A stretch of DNA of 64,000 nt, taken from the human T2T-CHM13v2.0 reference genome, Homo sapiens. The DNA lies in assembly GCF_009914755.1 (NCBI RefSeq), contig NC_060933.1; one strand, written 5' to 3'. Below are positions 27,591-41,930 of this stretch, piece after piece. Below the pieces are notes generated by a model. It was not told where the DNA came from. It made no database searches and saw nothing but the letters and a program-made list of their open reading frames with translations. Position 1 is the first letter of the stretch; the number at the start of each line of letters is the position of its first letter. Made by a program: the position numbers and the translations under genes.

Positions 27591-30550
27591 GAATGGAATC
27601 AACACGAGTGCAATCGAATGGAATCGAATGCAATGGAATGCAATGGAATGGATTCAACTTGAATGGAATGGAAAGAATGGAATCAACACGAGTGGAATGT
27701 CATGGAATGGAATGCAGTGGAATGAAATCAACCCGAGTCCAGGGGAATGGAATGGAATAGAATGCAATGGAATGGAATCATCGGTAATGTAATGGAAAGG
27801 AATGGAATGGAATGGAATGGAATGGAATGCAATGGAATGGAATGGAATGCAATCAACTCGATTGCAATCGAATGGAATGGAATGGAATTAACCCGAATAG
27901 AATGGAATGGAATGGAATGGAACGGAACGGAACGGAACGGAACAGAATGGAATGGAGTGGAATGGAATGGAATGGAATGGAATGGAACGGAAAGGAACGG
28001 AATGGAATGGAATGGAATGGAATGGAATGGAATGGAATGGAACGGAACGGAACGGAATGGAATGGAATGGAATGGAATGGAATGGAATTGAAAGGAATAA
28101 ACGCGAGTGCAGGGGAATGGAATGGAATGGAATGCAATGGAATGGAATCTTCCGAAATGGAATGGAATGGAATGGAATGGAATGGAATGGATTCAACTCG
28201 ATTGCAATGGAATGGAATAGAATGGAATGGAATGGAATAGAATGGAATCAACCCGAGTGCAGGGGAATGTAATGGAACGGAATGCAATGGAATGGAATCA
28301 TCCGGAATGGAATGGAATGGAATGGAATGGAATGGAATGGAATGGAATGGAATCAACCCGAGTGCAATGGAATGGAGTGGAATGTAATGGAATGGAAAGG
28401 AACAACCCGAATGGAATGGAATGTACTCGAGAGTAAGGGAGTTGAATAGAATCAATCCGAATATAATGGAATGGAACGGAATGGAATGGAATGGAATGGA
28501 ATGGAATGGAATGGAATGGAATGCAATGGAATGGAATCAACCCGAGTGCAATGGAATGGAATGGAATGGAATGGAATGGAATGGAATGGAATGGAATGGA
28601 ATCAACCCGAGTGCAATGGAATGGAGAGGAATGGAATGGAATGGAATGGACACTACCCGAATGGAATGGAATGTAATGGAGTGTAAGGGAATTGAATAGA
28701 ATCAATCCGAATGGAATGGAATGGAATGGAACGGAATGTAATGTAATGGAATGGAATGGAATCAACCCGAGTGCAGGGGAATGGAATGGAATGGAATGCA
28801 ATGGAATGGAATCATCCGGAATGGAATGGAATGGAATGCAATGGAATGGAATGGAATGGAATCAACCCGAGTGCAATGGAATGGAGTGAAATGGAATGGA
28901 ATGGAATGGAAACAACCAGAATGGATTGGAATATAATGGAGTGTAAGGGAATTGAATAGAATCAATCTGAATGTAATGAAATGGAATGGAACGGAATGGA
29001 ATGGAATGGAATGGAATGGAATGGAATGGAATGGAATGCAATGGAATGGAATCAACCCGAGTGCAATCGAATGGAAACGAATGGAATGGAATGCAATGGA
29101 ATGGATTCAGCTTGAATGGAATGGAAAGAATGGAATCAACACGAGTGGAATGGCATGGATTTTAATGCAATGGAATGGAATCAACCCGAGTACAAGTGAA
29201 TGGAATGGAATGGAATGGAATGGAATTGAATCATCCGTAATGGAACGGAAAGGAATGGAATGGAATGGAATGGAATGGAATGGAATGGAATGGAATCAAC
29301 TCGATTGCAATCGAATGGAATGGAATGGAATTAACCCGAATAGAATGGAATGGAAAGGAATGGAACGGAACGGAATGGAATGGAATGGAATGGAATGGAA
29401 TGGAAAGGAAAGAAATGGAATGGAATGGAATGGAATGGAATGGAATCAACGCGAGTGCAGGGGAATGGAATGGAATGGAATGCAATGGAATGGAATCTTC
29501 CGGAATGGAATGGAATGGAATGGAATGGAATGCAATGGATTCAACTCGATTGCAATGGAATGGAATAGAATGGAATGGAATGGGATGGAATGGAATTAAC
29601 CCGAATAGAATGGAATGGAATGGAATGGAATGGAACGGAACGGAACGGAATGGAATGGGATGGAATGGCATTGTATGGAATGGAATGGAATGGTACGGAA
29701 TTGAATGGAATGGAAAGAATTGGAATGGAATGGAATCGAATGGAATGGTGTGGAATGGAATGGAATGGAATGGAATCAAACCGAGTGCAGGGGAATGTAA
29801 TGGATCGGAATGCAATGGAATGGAATCATCCGGAATTGAATGGAGTGGAATGGAATGGAATGGAATGGAATCAACCCCAGTGCAATGGAACGGAGTGGAA
29901 TGGAATGGAATGGAATGGAACAACACGAATGGAATGGAATGTAATGGAGAGTAGGGGAGTTGAATAGAATCAACCTGAATGTAATGGAATGGAATGGAAC
30001 GTAATTGAATGGAATGGAATGGAATGCAATGGAATGGAATCAACCCGAGTACAATGGAATAGAATGGAATGGATTGGAATGGAATGGAATGGAGTGGAAT
30101 GGAATGGAATGGAATGGAATCAACCCGAGTGCAATGGAATGCAGAGGAATGGAATGGAATGGAATGGAAATTACCCGAATGGGATGGAATGTAATGAAGT
30201 GTAAGGGAATTGAATAGAATCAATCCGAAAGTAATGGAATGGAATGGAACGGAATGGAATGGAATGGAATGGAATGGAATGGAATGGAATGGAATGCAAT
30301 GGAATGGAATCAACCCGAGTGCAATCGAATGGAATCGAATGGAATGGAATGCAATGGAATGGATTCAACTTGAATGGAATGGAAAGAATGGAATCAACAC
30401 GTGTGGAATGGCATGGATTGGAATGGAATGGAATGGAATCAACTCGAGTACAGGAGAATGGAATGGAATGGAATGCAATGGAATGGAATCATCAGTAATG
30501 GAATGGAAAGGAATGGAATGGAATGGAATGGAATGGAATGAACTCGATTG
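20400..30550 (+). repeat. ~7.1-kb-offset duplication (~20400-23400 vs ~27600-30550)
   Basis: ORFs 21556/28692, 21620/28756 and 21816/28952 (+7136); private variants GGATCGG 22726/29802 and CAACCCCAGT 22801/29872. Confidence 0.8.
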
Positions 30551-31999
30551 CAATCGAATGGAATGGAATGGAATTAACCCGAATAGAATGGAATGGAATG
30601 GAATGGAACGGAACGGAAAGGAATGGAATGGAATGGAATGGAACGGAACGGAACGGAACGGAACGGAACGGAATGGAATGGAATGGAATGGAATGGAATG
30701 GAATCAACGCGAGTGCAGGGGAATGGAATGGAATGGAATGCAATGGAATGGAATCTTCCGGAATGGAATGGAATGGAATGGAATGGAATGGAATGGAATG
30801 GAATGGAATAAACCCGAGTGCAATGGAATGGAGTGGAATGGAATGGAATGGAATGGAACAACCCGAATGGAATGGAATGTAATGGAGAGTAAGGGAGTTG
30901 AATAGAATCAATCCGAATGTAATTGAATGGAATGGAACGGAATGGAGTTGAATGGAATGGAATGGAATGCAATGGAATGGAATCAACCCGAGTTCAATGG
31001 AATGGAGAGGAATGGAATGGAATGGAATGGAAACTACCCGAATGGAATGGAATGTAATGGAGTGTAAGGGAATTGAACAGAATCAATCCGAATGTAATGG
31101 AATGGAATGGAACGGAATGGAATGGAATGGAATGGAATGGAATGGAATGGAATGCAATGGAATGGAATCAACCCGAGTGCAATCGAATGGAATCGAATGG
31201 AATGGAATGCCATGGAATGGATTCAACTTGAATGGAATGGAAAGAATGGAATCAACACGAGTGGAATGGCATGGATTGGAATGGAATGGAATGGAATGGA
31301 ATCAACCCGAGTGCAGGGGAATGGAATGGAATGGAATGCAATGGAATGGAATCATCCGGAATGGAATGGAATGGAATGGAATGCAAAGCAATGGAATCAA
31401 CTCGATTGCAATGGAATGGAATGGAAAGGAAAGGAATACATTGGAATCAACCCGAGTGGAATGGAATGGAAAGGACAGGAATGGAGTGGAATGGAATGGA
31501 ATGGAATGGAATGGAATCAACTCGATTGGAATGGAATGGAATGGAATGGAATGGAATGGAATGGAATTAACCCGAATAGAATGGAATGGAATGGAATGGA
31601 ACGGAACGGAATGGAATGGAATGGAATGGAATGGAATGAAAACAACCCGACTGCAGGGGAATGGAATGGAATGGAATGCAATGGAATGGATTCAACTTGA
31701 ATGGAATGGAAAGAATGGAATCAACACGAGTGGAATGGCATGGATTGGAATGGAATGGAATGGAATCAACCCGAGTACAGGGGAATGGAATGGAATGGAA
31801 TGCAATGGAACGGAATCATCCGTAATGGAATGGAAAGGAATGGAATGGAATGGAATGGAATGGAATGGAATCAACTCGATTGCAATCGAATGGAATGGAA
31901 TGGAATTAACCCGAATAGAATGGAATGGAATGGAATGGAATGGAACGGAATGGAACGGAATGGAATGGATTGGAATGGAATGGAATGGAATGGAAGGGA

Positions 32000-32860
32000 A
32001 AGGAATGGAATGGAATGGAATGGAATGGAATGGAATGGATTGGAATGGAATGGAATCAACGCGAGTGCAGGGGAATGGAATGGAATGGCATGCAATGGAA
32101 TGGAATCTTCCGGAATGGAATGGAATGGAATGGAATAGAATGGAATGGAATGGAATGGAATGGAATAAACCCGAGTGCAATGGAATGGAGTGGAATGGAA
32201 TGGAATGGAATGGAACAACCCGAATGGAATGGAATGGAATGGAGAGTAAGGGAGTTGAATAGAATCCATCCGAATGTAATGGAATGGAATGGAACGGAAT
32301 GGAATTGAATGGAATGGAATGGAATGCAATGGAATGGAATCAACCCGAGTTCAATGGAATGGAGAGGAATGGAATGGAATGGAATGGAAACTACCCGAAT
32401 TGAATAGAATGTAATGGAGTGTAAGGGAATTGAATAGAATCAATCCGAATGTAATGGAATGGAATGGAACGGAATGGAATGGAACGGAATGGAATGGAAT
32501 GGAATGGAATGGAATGGAATGGAATGCAATGGAATGGAATCAACCCGAGTGCAATCGAATGGAATCGAATGGAATGGAATGCAATGGAATGGATTCAACT
32601 TGAATGGAATGGAAAGAATGGAATCAACACGAGTGGAATGGCATGGATTGGAATGGAATGGAATGGAATGAACCCGAGTACAGGGGAATGGAATGGAATG
32701 GAATGCAATGGAATCAACCCGAGTGCAATGGAATGGAGTGGAATGGAATGGAATGGAATGGAACAACCCGAATGGAATGGAATGTAATGGAGAGTAAGGG
32801 AGTTGAAAAGAATCAATCCGAATGTAATGGAATGGAATGGAACGGAATGGAATGGAATGG
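32000..32860 (+). repeat. ~0.85-kb block outside the HOR, almost identical to an internal HOR segment (~36010-36870 and ~50055-50910)
   Basis: ORFs 32056/36068, 32459/36471 and 32464/36476 are identical at +4012; private variants GGCATGCAAT and AGAATCCATCCG are shared. Confidence 0.85.
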
Positions 32861-33489
32861 AATGGATTGGAATGGAATGGAATGCAATGGAATGGAATCC
32901 ACCCGAGTAAAATGGAATGGAATGGAATGGAATGGAATGGAATGGAATGGAATGGAATGGAATGCAATGGAATGGAATCTTCCGGAATGGAATGGAATGG
33001 AATGCAATGGATTCAAGTCGATTGCAATGGAATGGAATAGAATGGACTGGAATGGAATGGAATGGAATTAAACCGAATAGAATGGAATGGAATGGAATGG
33101 AACGGAACAGAACGGAACGGAACGGAGTGGAATGGAATGGAATGGAATTGTATGGAATGGAATGGAATGGTACGGAATAGAATGTAATGGAAAGAATTGG
33201 AATGGAATGGAATGGAATGGAATGGAATGGAATGGAATGGAATCAACCCGAGTGCAGGGGAATGTAATGGAACGGAATGCAATGGAATGGAATCATCCGG
33301 AATGGAATGGAATGGAATGGAATGGAAGGGAATGGAATGGAATCAACCCGAACGCAGTGGAATGGAGTGGAATGGAATGGAATGGAATGGAACAACCAGA
33401 ATGGAATGGAATGTAATGGAGAGTAAGGGAGTTGAATAGAATCAATCCGAATGTAAGGGAATGGAACGGAATGGAATGGAATGGAAAGG

Positions 33490-36400
33490 AATGGAATGGA
33501 ATGGAATGCAATGGAATGGAATCAACCCGAGTACAATGGAACGGAATGGAATGGAATGTAATGAAATGTAATGTAATGGAATGGAATGGAATGGAATCAA
33601 CCCGAGTGCAATGGAATGGAGAGGAATGGAATGGAATGGAATGGAAACTACCCGAATGGAATGGAATGGAATGGAGTGTAAGGGAATTGAATAGAATCAA
33701 TCCGAATGGAATGGAATGGAATGGAAAGGAATGTAATGTAATGGAATGGAATGGAATCAACCCGAGTGCAGGGGAATGGAATGGAATGGAATGCAATGGA
33801 ATGGAGTCATCCGGAATGGAATGGAATGGAATGCAATGGAATGGAATGGAATGGAATCAACCCGAGTGCAATGGAATGGAGTGAAATGGAATGGAATGGA
33901 ATAGAGACAACCAGAATGGATTGGAATATAATGGAGTGTAAGGGAATTGAATAGAATCAATCTGAATGTAATGAAAGGGAATGGAACGGAATGGAATGGA
34001 ATGGAATGGAATGGAATGGAATGCAATGGAATGGAATCAAAACGAGTGCAATCGAATGGAATCGAATGGAATGGAATGCAATGGAATGGATTCAACTTGA
34101 ATGGAATGGAAAGAATGGAATCAACACGAGTGGAATGGCATGGATTGGAATGGAATAGAATGGAATCAACCCGAGTATAAGGGAATGGAATGGAATGGAA
34201 TGCAATGGAATGGAATCATCCGTAATGGAATGGAAAGGAATGGAATGGAATGGAATGGAATGGAATGGAATGGAATGGAATCAACACGAATGCAATCGAA
34301 TGGAATGGAATGGAATTAACCCGAATAGAATGGAATGGAATGGAATGGAACGGAACGGAATGGAATGGAATGGAATGGAATGGAATGGAATGCAACGGAA
34401 AGGAAGGGAATGGAATGGAATAGAATGGAATGGAATGGAATCAACGCGAGTGCAGGGGAATGGAATGGAATGGAATGCAATGGAATGGAATCTTCCGGAA
34501 TGGAATGGAATGGAATGGAATGGAATGGAATGGAATCAACCCGAGTGCAATGGAATGGAGTGGAATGGAATGGAATGGAATGGAACAACCCGAATGGAAT
34601 GGAATGTAATGGAGAGTAAGGGAGTTGAATAGAATCAATCAGAATGTAATGGAATGGAATGAAACGGAATGGAATTGAATGGAATGGAATGGAATGCAAT
34701 GGAATGGAATCAACCCGAGTGCAATGGAATGGAGAGGAATGGAATGCAATGGAATGGAAACTACCCAAATGGAATGGAATGTAATGGAGTGTAAGGGAAT
34801 TGAATAGAATCAATCCGAATGTAATGGAATGGTATGGAACGGAATGGAACGGAATGGAATGGAATGGAACGGAATGGAATGGAATGGAATGCAATGGAAT
34901 GGAATCAACCCGAGTGCAATCGAATGGAATCGAATGGAATGGAATGCAATGGAATGGATTCAACTTGAATGGAATGGAAAGAATGGAATCAACACGAGTG
35001 GAATGGCATGGATTGGAATGGAATGGAATGGAATCAACCCGAGTACAGGGGAATGGAATGGAATGGAATGCAATGGAATGGAATCATCCGTAAAGGAATG
35101 GAAAGGAATGGAATGGAATGGAATGGAATGGAATGGAATGGAATCAACTCGATTGCAATCGAATGGAATGGAATGGAATTAACCCGTATAGAATGGAATG
35201 GTACGGAACGGAATGGAATGGAATGGAATGGAATTGAATGGAATGGAATGGAACGGAATCAACGCGACTGCAGGGGAATGGAATGGAATGGAATGCAATG
35301 GAATGGAATCTTCCGGAATGGAATGGAATGGAATGGAATGGAATGAAATGCAATGGATTCAACTCGATTGCAATGGAATGGAATAGAATGGATTGGAATG
35401 GAATGGAATGGAATTAATTCGAATAGAATGGAATGGAATGGAATGGAACGGAATGGAACGGAATGGAATGGAATGGAATGGAATGGAATGGTATGGAATG
35501 CAATGGAATGGTACGGAATAGAATGGAATGGAAAGAATTGTAATGGAATGGAATTGAATGGAATGGAATGGAATGGAATGGAATCAACGCGAGTGCAGGG
35601 GAATGTAATGGAACGGAATGCAATGGAATGGAATCATCCGGAATGGAATGGAATGGAATGGAATGGAATGGAATGGAATGGAGTGGAATCAACCCGAGAG
35701 CAATGGAATGGAGTGGAATGGAATGGAATGGAATGGAACAACCCGAATGGAATGGAATGTAATGGAGAGTAAGGGAGTTGAATAGAATCAATCCGAATGT
35801 AATGGAATGGAATGCAACGGAATGGAATGGAATGGAATGCAATGGAATTGAATCAACCCGAGTACAATGGAATGGAATGGAATGGAATGGAATGGAATGG
35901 AATGGAATGGATTGGAATGGAATGATACGGAATAGAATGGAATGGAACGAAATGGAATGGAATGGAATGGAATGGAATGGAATGGAATGGAATGAAATGG
36001 AATGGAATGGAAAGGAATGGAATGGAATGGAATGGAATGGAATGGAATGGATTGGAATGGAATGGAATCAACGCGAGTGCAGGGGAATGGAATGGAATGG
36101 CATGCAATGGAATGGAATCTTCCGGAATGGAATGGAATGGAATGGAATAGAATGGAATGGAATGGAATGGAATGGAATAAACCCGAGTGCAATGGAATGG
36201 AGTGGAATGGAATGGAATGGAATGGAACAACCCGAATGGAATGGAATGGAATGGAGAGTAAGGGAGTTGAATAGAATCCATCCGAATGTAATGGAATGGA
36301 ATGGAACGGAATGGAATTGAATGGAATGGAATGGAATGCAATGGAATGGAATCAACCCGAGTTCAATGGAATGGAGAGGAATGGAATGGAATGGAATGGA

Positions 36401-39400
36401 AACTACCCGAATGGAATAGAATGTAATGGAGTGTAAGGGAATTGAATAGAATCAATCCGAATGTAATGGAATGGAATGGAACGGAATGGAATGGAACGGA
36501 ATGGAATGGAATGGAATGGAATGGAATGGAATGGAATGCAATGGAATGGAATCAACCCGAGTGCAATCGAATGGAATCGAATGGAATGGAATGCAATGGA
36601 ATGGATTCAACTTGAATGGAATGGAAAGAATGGAATCAACACGAGTGGAATGGCATGGATTGGAATGGAATGGAATGGAATGAACCCGAGTACAGGGGAA
36701 TGGAATGGAATGGAATGCAATGGAATCAACCCGAGTGCAATGGAATGGAGTGGAATGGAATGGAATGGAATGGAACAACCCGAATGGAATGGAATGTAAT
36801 GGAGAGTAAGGGAGTTGAATAGAATCAATCCGAATGTAATGGAATGGAATGGAACGGAATGGAATTGAATGGAATGGAATGGAATGGAATCAACCCGAGT
36901 GCAATGGAATGGAGAGGAATGGAATGGAATGGAATGGAAACTACCCGAATGGAATGGAATGTAATGGAGTGTAAGGGAATTGAATAGAATCAATCCGAAT
37001 GTAATGGAATGGAATGGAACGGAATGGAATGGAATGGAATGGAATGGAATGGAATGGAATGGAATGCAATGGAATGGAATCAACCCGAGTGCAATCGAAT
37101 GGAATCGAATGGAATGGAATGCAATGGAATGGATTCAACTTGAATGGAATGGAAAGAATGGAATCAACACGAGTGGAATGGCATGGATTGGAATGGAATG
37201 GAATGGAATCAACCCGAGTACAGGGGAATGGAATGGAATGGAATGCAATGGAATGGAATCATCCGTAATGGAATGGAAAGGAATGGAATGGAATGGAATG
37301 GAATGGAATGGAATGGAATGGAATGGAATCAACTCGATTGCAATCGAATGGAATGGAATGGAATTAACCCGAATAGAATGGAATGGAATGGAATGGAACG
37401 CAACGGAATGGAATGGAATGGAACGGAATGGAATGGAACGGAACGGAACGGAATGGATGGAATGGAATGGAATGGAATGGAATGGAATCAACGCGAGTGC
37501 AGGGGAATGGAATGGAATGGAATGCAATGGAATGGAATCTTCCGGAATGGAATGGAATGGAATGGAATGGAATGGAATGAAATGCAATGGATTCAACTCG
37601 ATTGCAATGGAATGGAATAGAATGGAATGGAATGGAATGGAATGGAATGGAATTAACCCGAATAGAATGGAATGGAATGGAATGGAACGGAATGGAACGG
37701 AATGCAATGGAATGGAATGGAATGGAATGGTATGGAATGGAATGGAATGGTACGGAATAGAATGGAATGGAACGAATTGTAATGGAATGGAATTGAATGG
37801 AATGAAATGGAATGGAATGGAATGGAATGGAATCAACGCGAGTGCAGGGGAATGTAATGGAACGAAATGCAATGGAATGGAATCATGCGGAATGGAATGG
37901 AATGGAATGGAATGGAATGGAATGGAATCAACCCGAGTGCAATGGAATGGAGTGGAATGGAATGGAATGGAATGGAACAACCCGAATGGAATGGAATGTA
38001 ATGGAGAGTAAGGGAGTTGAATAGAATCAATCCGAATGTAATGGAATGGAATTCAATGGAATGGAAAGGAATGGAATGGAATGGAATGGAATGGAATGGA
38101 ATGGAATGGAATGGAATGCCTTCAAACCGAATGTAATGGAAAGGAATGGAATCAACACGAGTGGAATGGAATCGAATGGAATGGAATCGAATGGAATGGA
38201 ATGATATGGAATAGAATGGAATGGAACGAAATGGAATGGAACGAAATGGAATGGAATGGAATGGAATGGAATGGAATGGAATGATACGGAATAGAATGGA
38301 ATGGAACGAAATGGAGTGGAATGGAATGGAATGGAATGAAATGGAATGGAATGGAATCGTTCCTAGTGGAATAGGAGGGAATGTATTCGAGTGGAATGGA
38401 AAGGAATGGTATCAACCAGAGTGGAATGGAAGGGAATGGAATGGAATGGAAACTAATAGAATGGAATCAACCCGAGTGGAATGGAATGGAAAGGACTGGA
38501 ATGGAATGGAATGGAATGGAATCAACTCGATTGTAATGGAATGGAATGGAATGGAATGGAATGGAATGGAATGGAATTAACCCGAATACAATGGAATGGA
38601 ATGGAATGGAATGGAATGGAGTGGAATGGAATGGAATCAACCCGAGTGCAGGGTAATGGAATGGAATGGAATGCAATGGAATGGAATCATCCGGAATGGA
38701 ATGGAATGGAATGGAATGCAAAGCAATGGAATCAACTCGATTGCAATGGAATGGAATGGAATGGAAAGGAATACATTGGAATCAACCCGAGTGGAATGGA
38801 ATGGAAAGGACTGGAATGGAGTGGAATGGAATGGAATGGAATGGAATGGAAACAACTCGATTGGAATGGAATGGAATGGAATGGAATGGAATTAACCCGA
38901 ATAGAATGGAATTGAATGGAATGGAAAGGAACGGAATGGAATGGAATGGAATGGAATGGAATGGAATGGAATGGAATCAACCCGACTGCAGGGGAATGGA
39001 ATGGAATGGAATGCAATGGAATGGATTCAACTTCAATGGAATGGAAAGAATGGAATCAACACGAGTGGAATGGCATGGATTGGAATGGAATGGAATGGAA
39101 TTAACCCGAGTACAAGGGAATGGAATGGAATGGAATGCAATGGAATGGAATCATCCGTAATGGAATGGAAAGGAATGGAATGGAATGGAATGGAATGGAA
39201 TAGAATGGAATGGAATCAACTCGATTGCAATCGAATGGAATGGAATGGAATTAACCCGAATAAAATGGAATGGAATCGAATGGAACGGAACGGAACGGAA
39301 TGGAATGGATTGGAATGGAATGGAATGGAATGGAACGGAATGGAATGGAATGGAATGGAATGGAATGGAATGGAATGGAATCAACCCGAGTGCAGGGGAA

Positions 39401-41930
39401 TGGAATGGAATGGAATGCAATGGAATGGAATCAACCCGAGTACAATGGAACGGAATGGAATGGAATGTAATGAAATGTAATGTAATGGAATGGAATGGAA
39501 TGGAATCAACCCGAGTGCAATGGAATGGAGAGGAATGTATGGAATGGAATGGAAACTACCCGAATGGAATGGAATGGAATGGAGTGTAAGGGAATTGAAT
39601 AGAATCAATCCGAATGGAATGGAATGGAATGGAAAGGAATGTAATGTAATGGAATGGAATGGAATCAACCCGAGTGCAGGGGAATGGAATGGAATGGAAT
39701 GCAATGGAATGGAGTCATCCGGAATGGAATGGAATGGAATGCAATGGAATGGAATGGAATGGAATCAACCCGAGTGCAATGGAATGGAGTGAAATGGAAT
39801 GGAATGGAATAGAGACAACCAGAATGGATTGGAATATAATGGAGTGTAAGGGAATTGAATAGAATCAATCTGAATGTAATGAAAGGGTATGGAACGGAAT
39901 GGAATGGAATGGAATGAAATGGAATGCAATGGAATGGAATCAAAACGAGTGCAATCGAATGGAATCGAATGGAATGGAATGCAATGGAATGGATTCAACT
40001 TGAATGGAATGGAAAGAATGGAATCAACACGAGTGGAATGGCATGGATTGGAATGGAATAGAATGGAATCAACCCGAGTATAAGGGAATGGAATGGAATG
40101 GAATGCAATGGAATGGAATCATCCGTAATGGAATGGAAAGGAATGGAATGGAATGGAATGGAATGGAATGGAATGGAATGGAATCAACACGATTGCAATC
40201 GAATGGAATGGAATGGAATTAACCCGAATAGAATGGAATGGAATGGAATGGAACGGAACGGAATGGAATGGAATGGAATGGAATGGAATGGAATGCAACG
40301 GAAAGGAAGGGAATGGAATGGAATAGAATGGAATGGAATGGAATCAACGCGAGTGCAGGGGAATGGAATGGAATGGAATGCAATGGAATGGAATCTTCCG
40401 GAATGGAATGGAATGGAATGGAATGGAATGGAATGGAATCAACCCGAGTGCAATGGAATGGAGTGGAATGGAATGGAATGGAATGGAACAACCCGAATGG
40501 AATGGAATGTAATGGAGAGTAAGGGAGTTGAATAGAATCAATCAGAATGTAATGGAATGGAATGAAACGGAATGGAATTGAATGGAATGGAATGGAATGC
40601 AATGGAATGGAATCAACCCGAGTGCAATGGAATGGAGAGGAATGGAATGCAATGGAATGGAAACTACCCAAATGGAATGGAATGTAATGGAGTGTAAGGG
40701 AATTGAATAGAATCAATCCGAATGTAATGGAATGGTATGGAACGGAATGGAACGGAATGGAATGGAATGGAATGGAATGGAATGGAATGCAATGGAATGG
40801 AATCAACCCGAGTGCAATCGAATGGAATCGAATGGAATGGAATGCAATGGAATGGATTCAACTTGAATGGAATGGAAAGAATGGAATCAACACGAGTGGA
40901 ATGGCATGGATTGGAATGGAATGGAATGGAATCAACCCGAGTACAGGGGAATGGAATGGAATGGAATGCAATGGAATGGAATCATCCGTAAAGGAATGGA
41001 AAGGAATGGAATGGAATGGAATGGAATGGAATGGAATGGAATGGAATGGAATGGAATGGAATCAACTCGATTGCAATCGAATGGAATGGAATGGAATTAA
41101 CCCGTATAGAATGGAATGGTACGGAACGGAATGGAATGGAATGGAATGGAATGGAATTGAATGGAATGGAATGGAACGGAATCAACGCGACTGCAGGGGA
41201 ATGGAATGGAATGGAATGCAATGGAATGGAATCTTCCGGAATGGAATGGAATGGAATGGAATGGAATGAAATGCAATGGATTCAACTCGATTGCAATGGA
41301 ATGGAATAGAATGGATTGGAATGGAATGGAATGGAATTAATTCGAATAGAATGGAATGGAATGGAATGGAACGGAATGGAACGGAATGGAATGGAATGGA
41401 ATGGAATGGAATGGTATGGAATGCAATGGAATGGTACGGAATAGAATGGAATGGAAAGAATTGTAATGGAATGGAATTGAATGGAATGGAATGGAATGGA
41501 ATGGAATCAACGCGAGTGCAGGGGAATGTAATGGAACGGAATGCAATGGAATGGAATCATCCGGAATGGAATGGAATGGAATGGAATGGAATGGAATGGA
41601 ATGGAGTGGAATCAACCCGAGAGCAATGGAATGGAGTGGAATGGAATGGAATGGAATGGAACAACCCGAATGGAATGGAATGTAATGGAGAGTAAGGGAG
41701 TTGAATAGAATCAATCCGAATGTAATGGAATGGAATGCAACGGAATGGAATGGAATGGAATGCAATGGAATTGAATCAACCCGAGTACAATGGAATGGAA
41801 TGGAATGGAATGGAATGGAATGGAATGGATTGGAATGGAATGATACGGAATAGAATGGAATGGAACGAAATGGAATGGAATGGAATGGAATGGAATGGAA
41901 TGGAATGGAATGAAATGGAATGGAATGGAA
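33490..41930 (+). repeat. Internal ~5.9-kb sub-period of the HOR: A block (~33490-36000) repeated as B block (~39400-41930)
   Basis: Marker ACAACCAGAATGGATTGGAATATAAT at 33907/39815; ORFs 34335/40238 (+5903) and 35353/41276 (+5923); CATCCGTAAAGG at 35085/40983. Confidence 0.85.
34487..34501. promoter_or_regulatory. Canonical heat-shock element GGAATCTTCCGGAAT; first of 9 per 14-kb HOR unit
   Basis: CTTCC core at 34492, 35310, 36119, 37539, 40395, 41233, 43364, 45242 and 46099 in copy 1; nine matching sites in copy 2. Confidence 0.6.
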
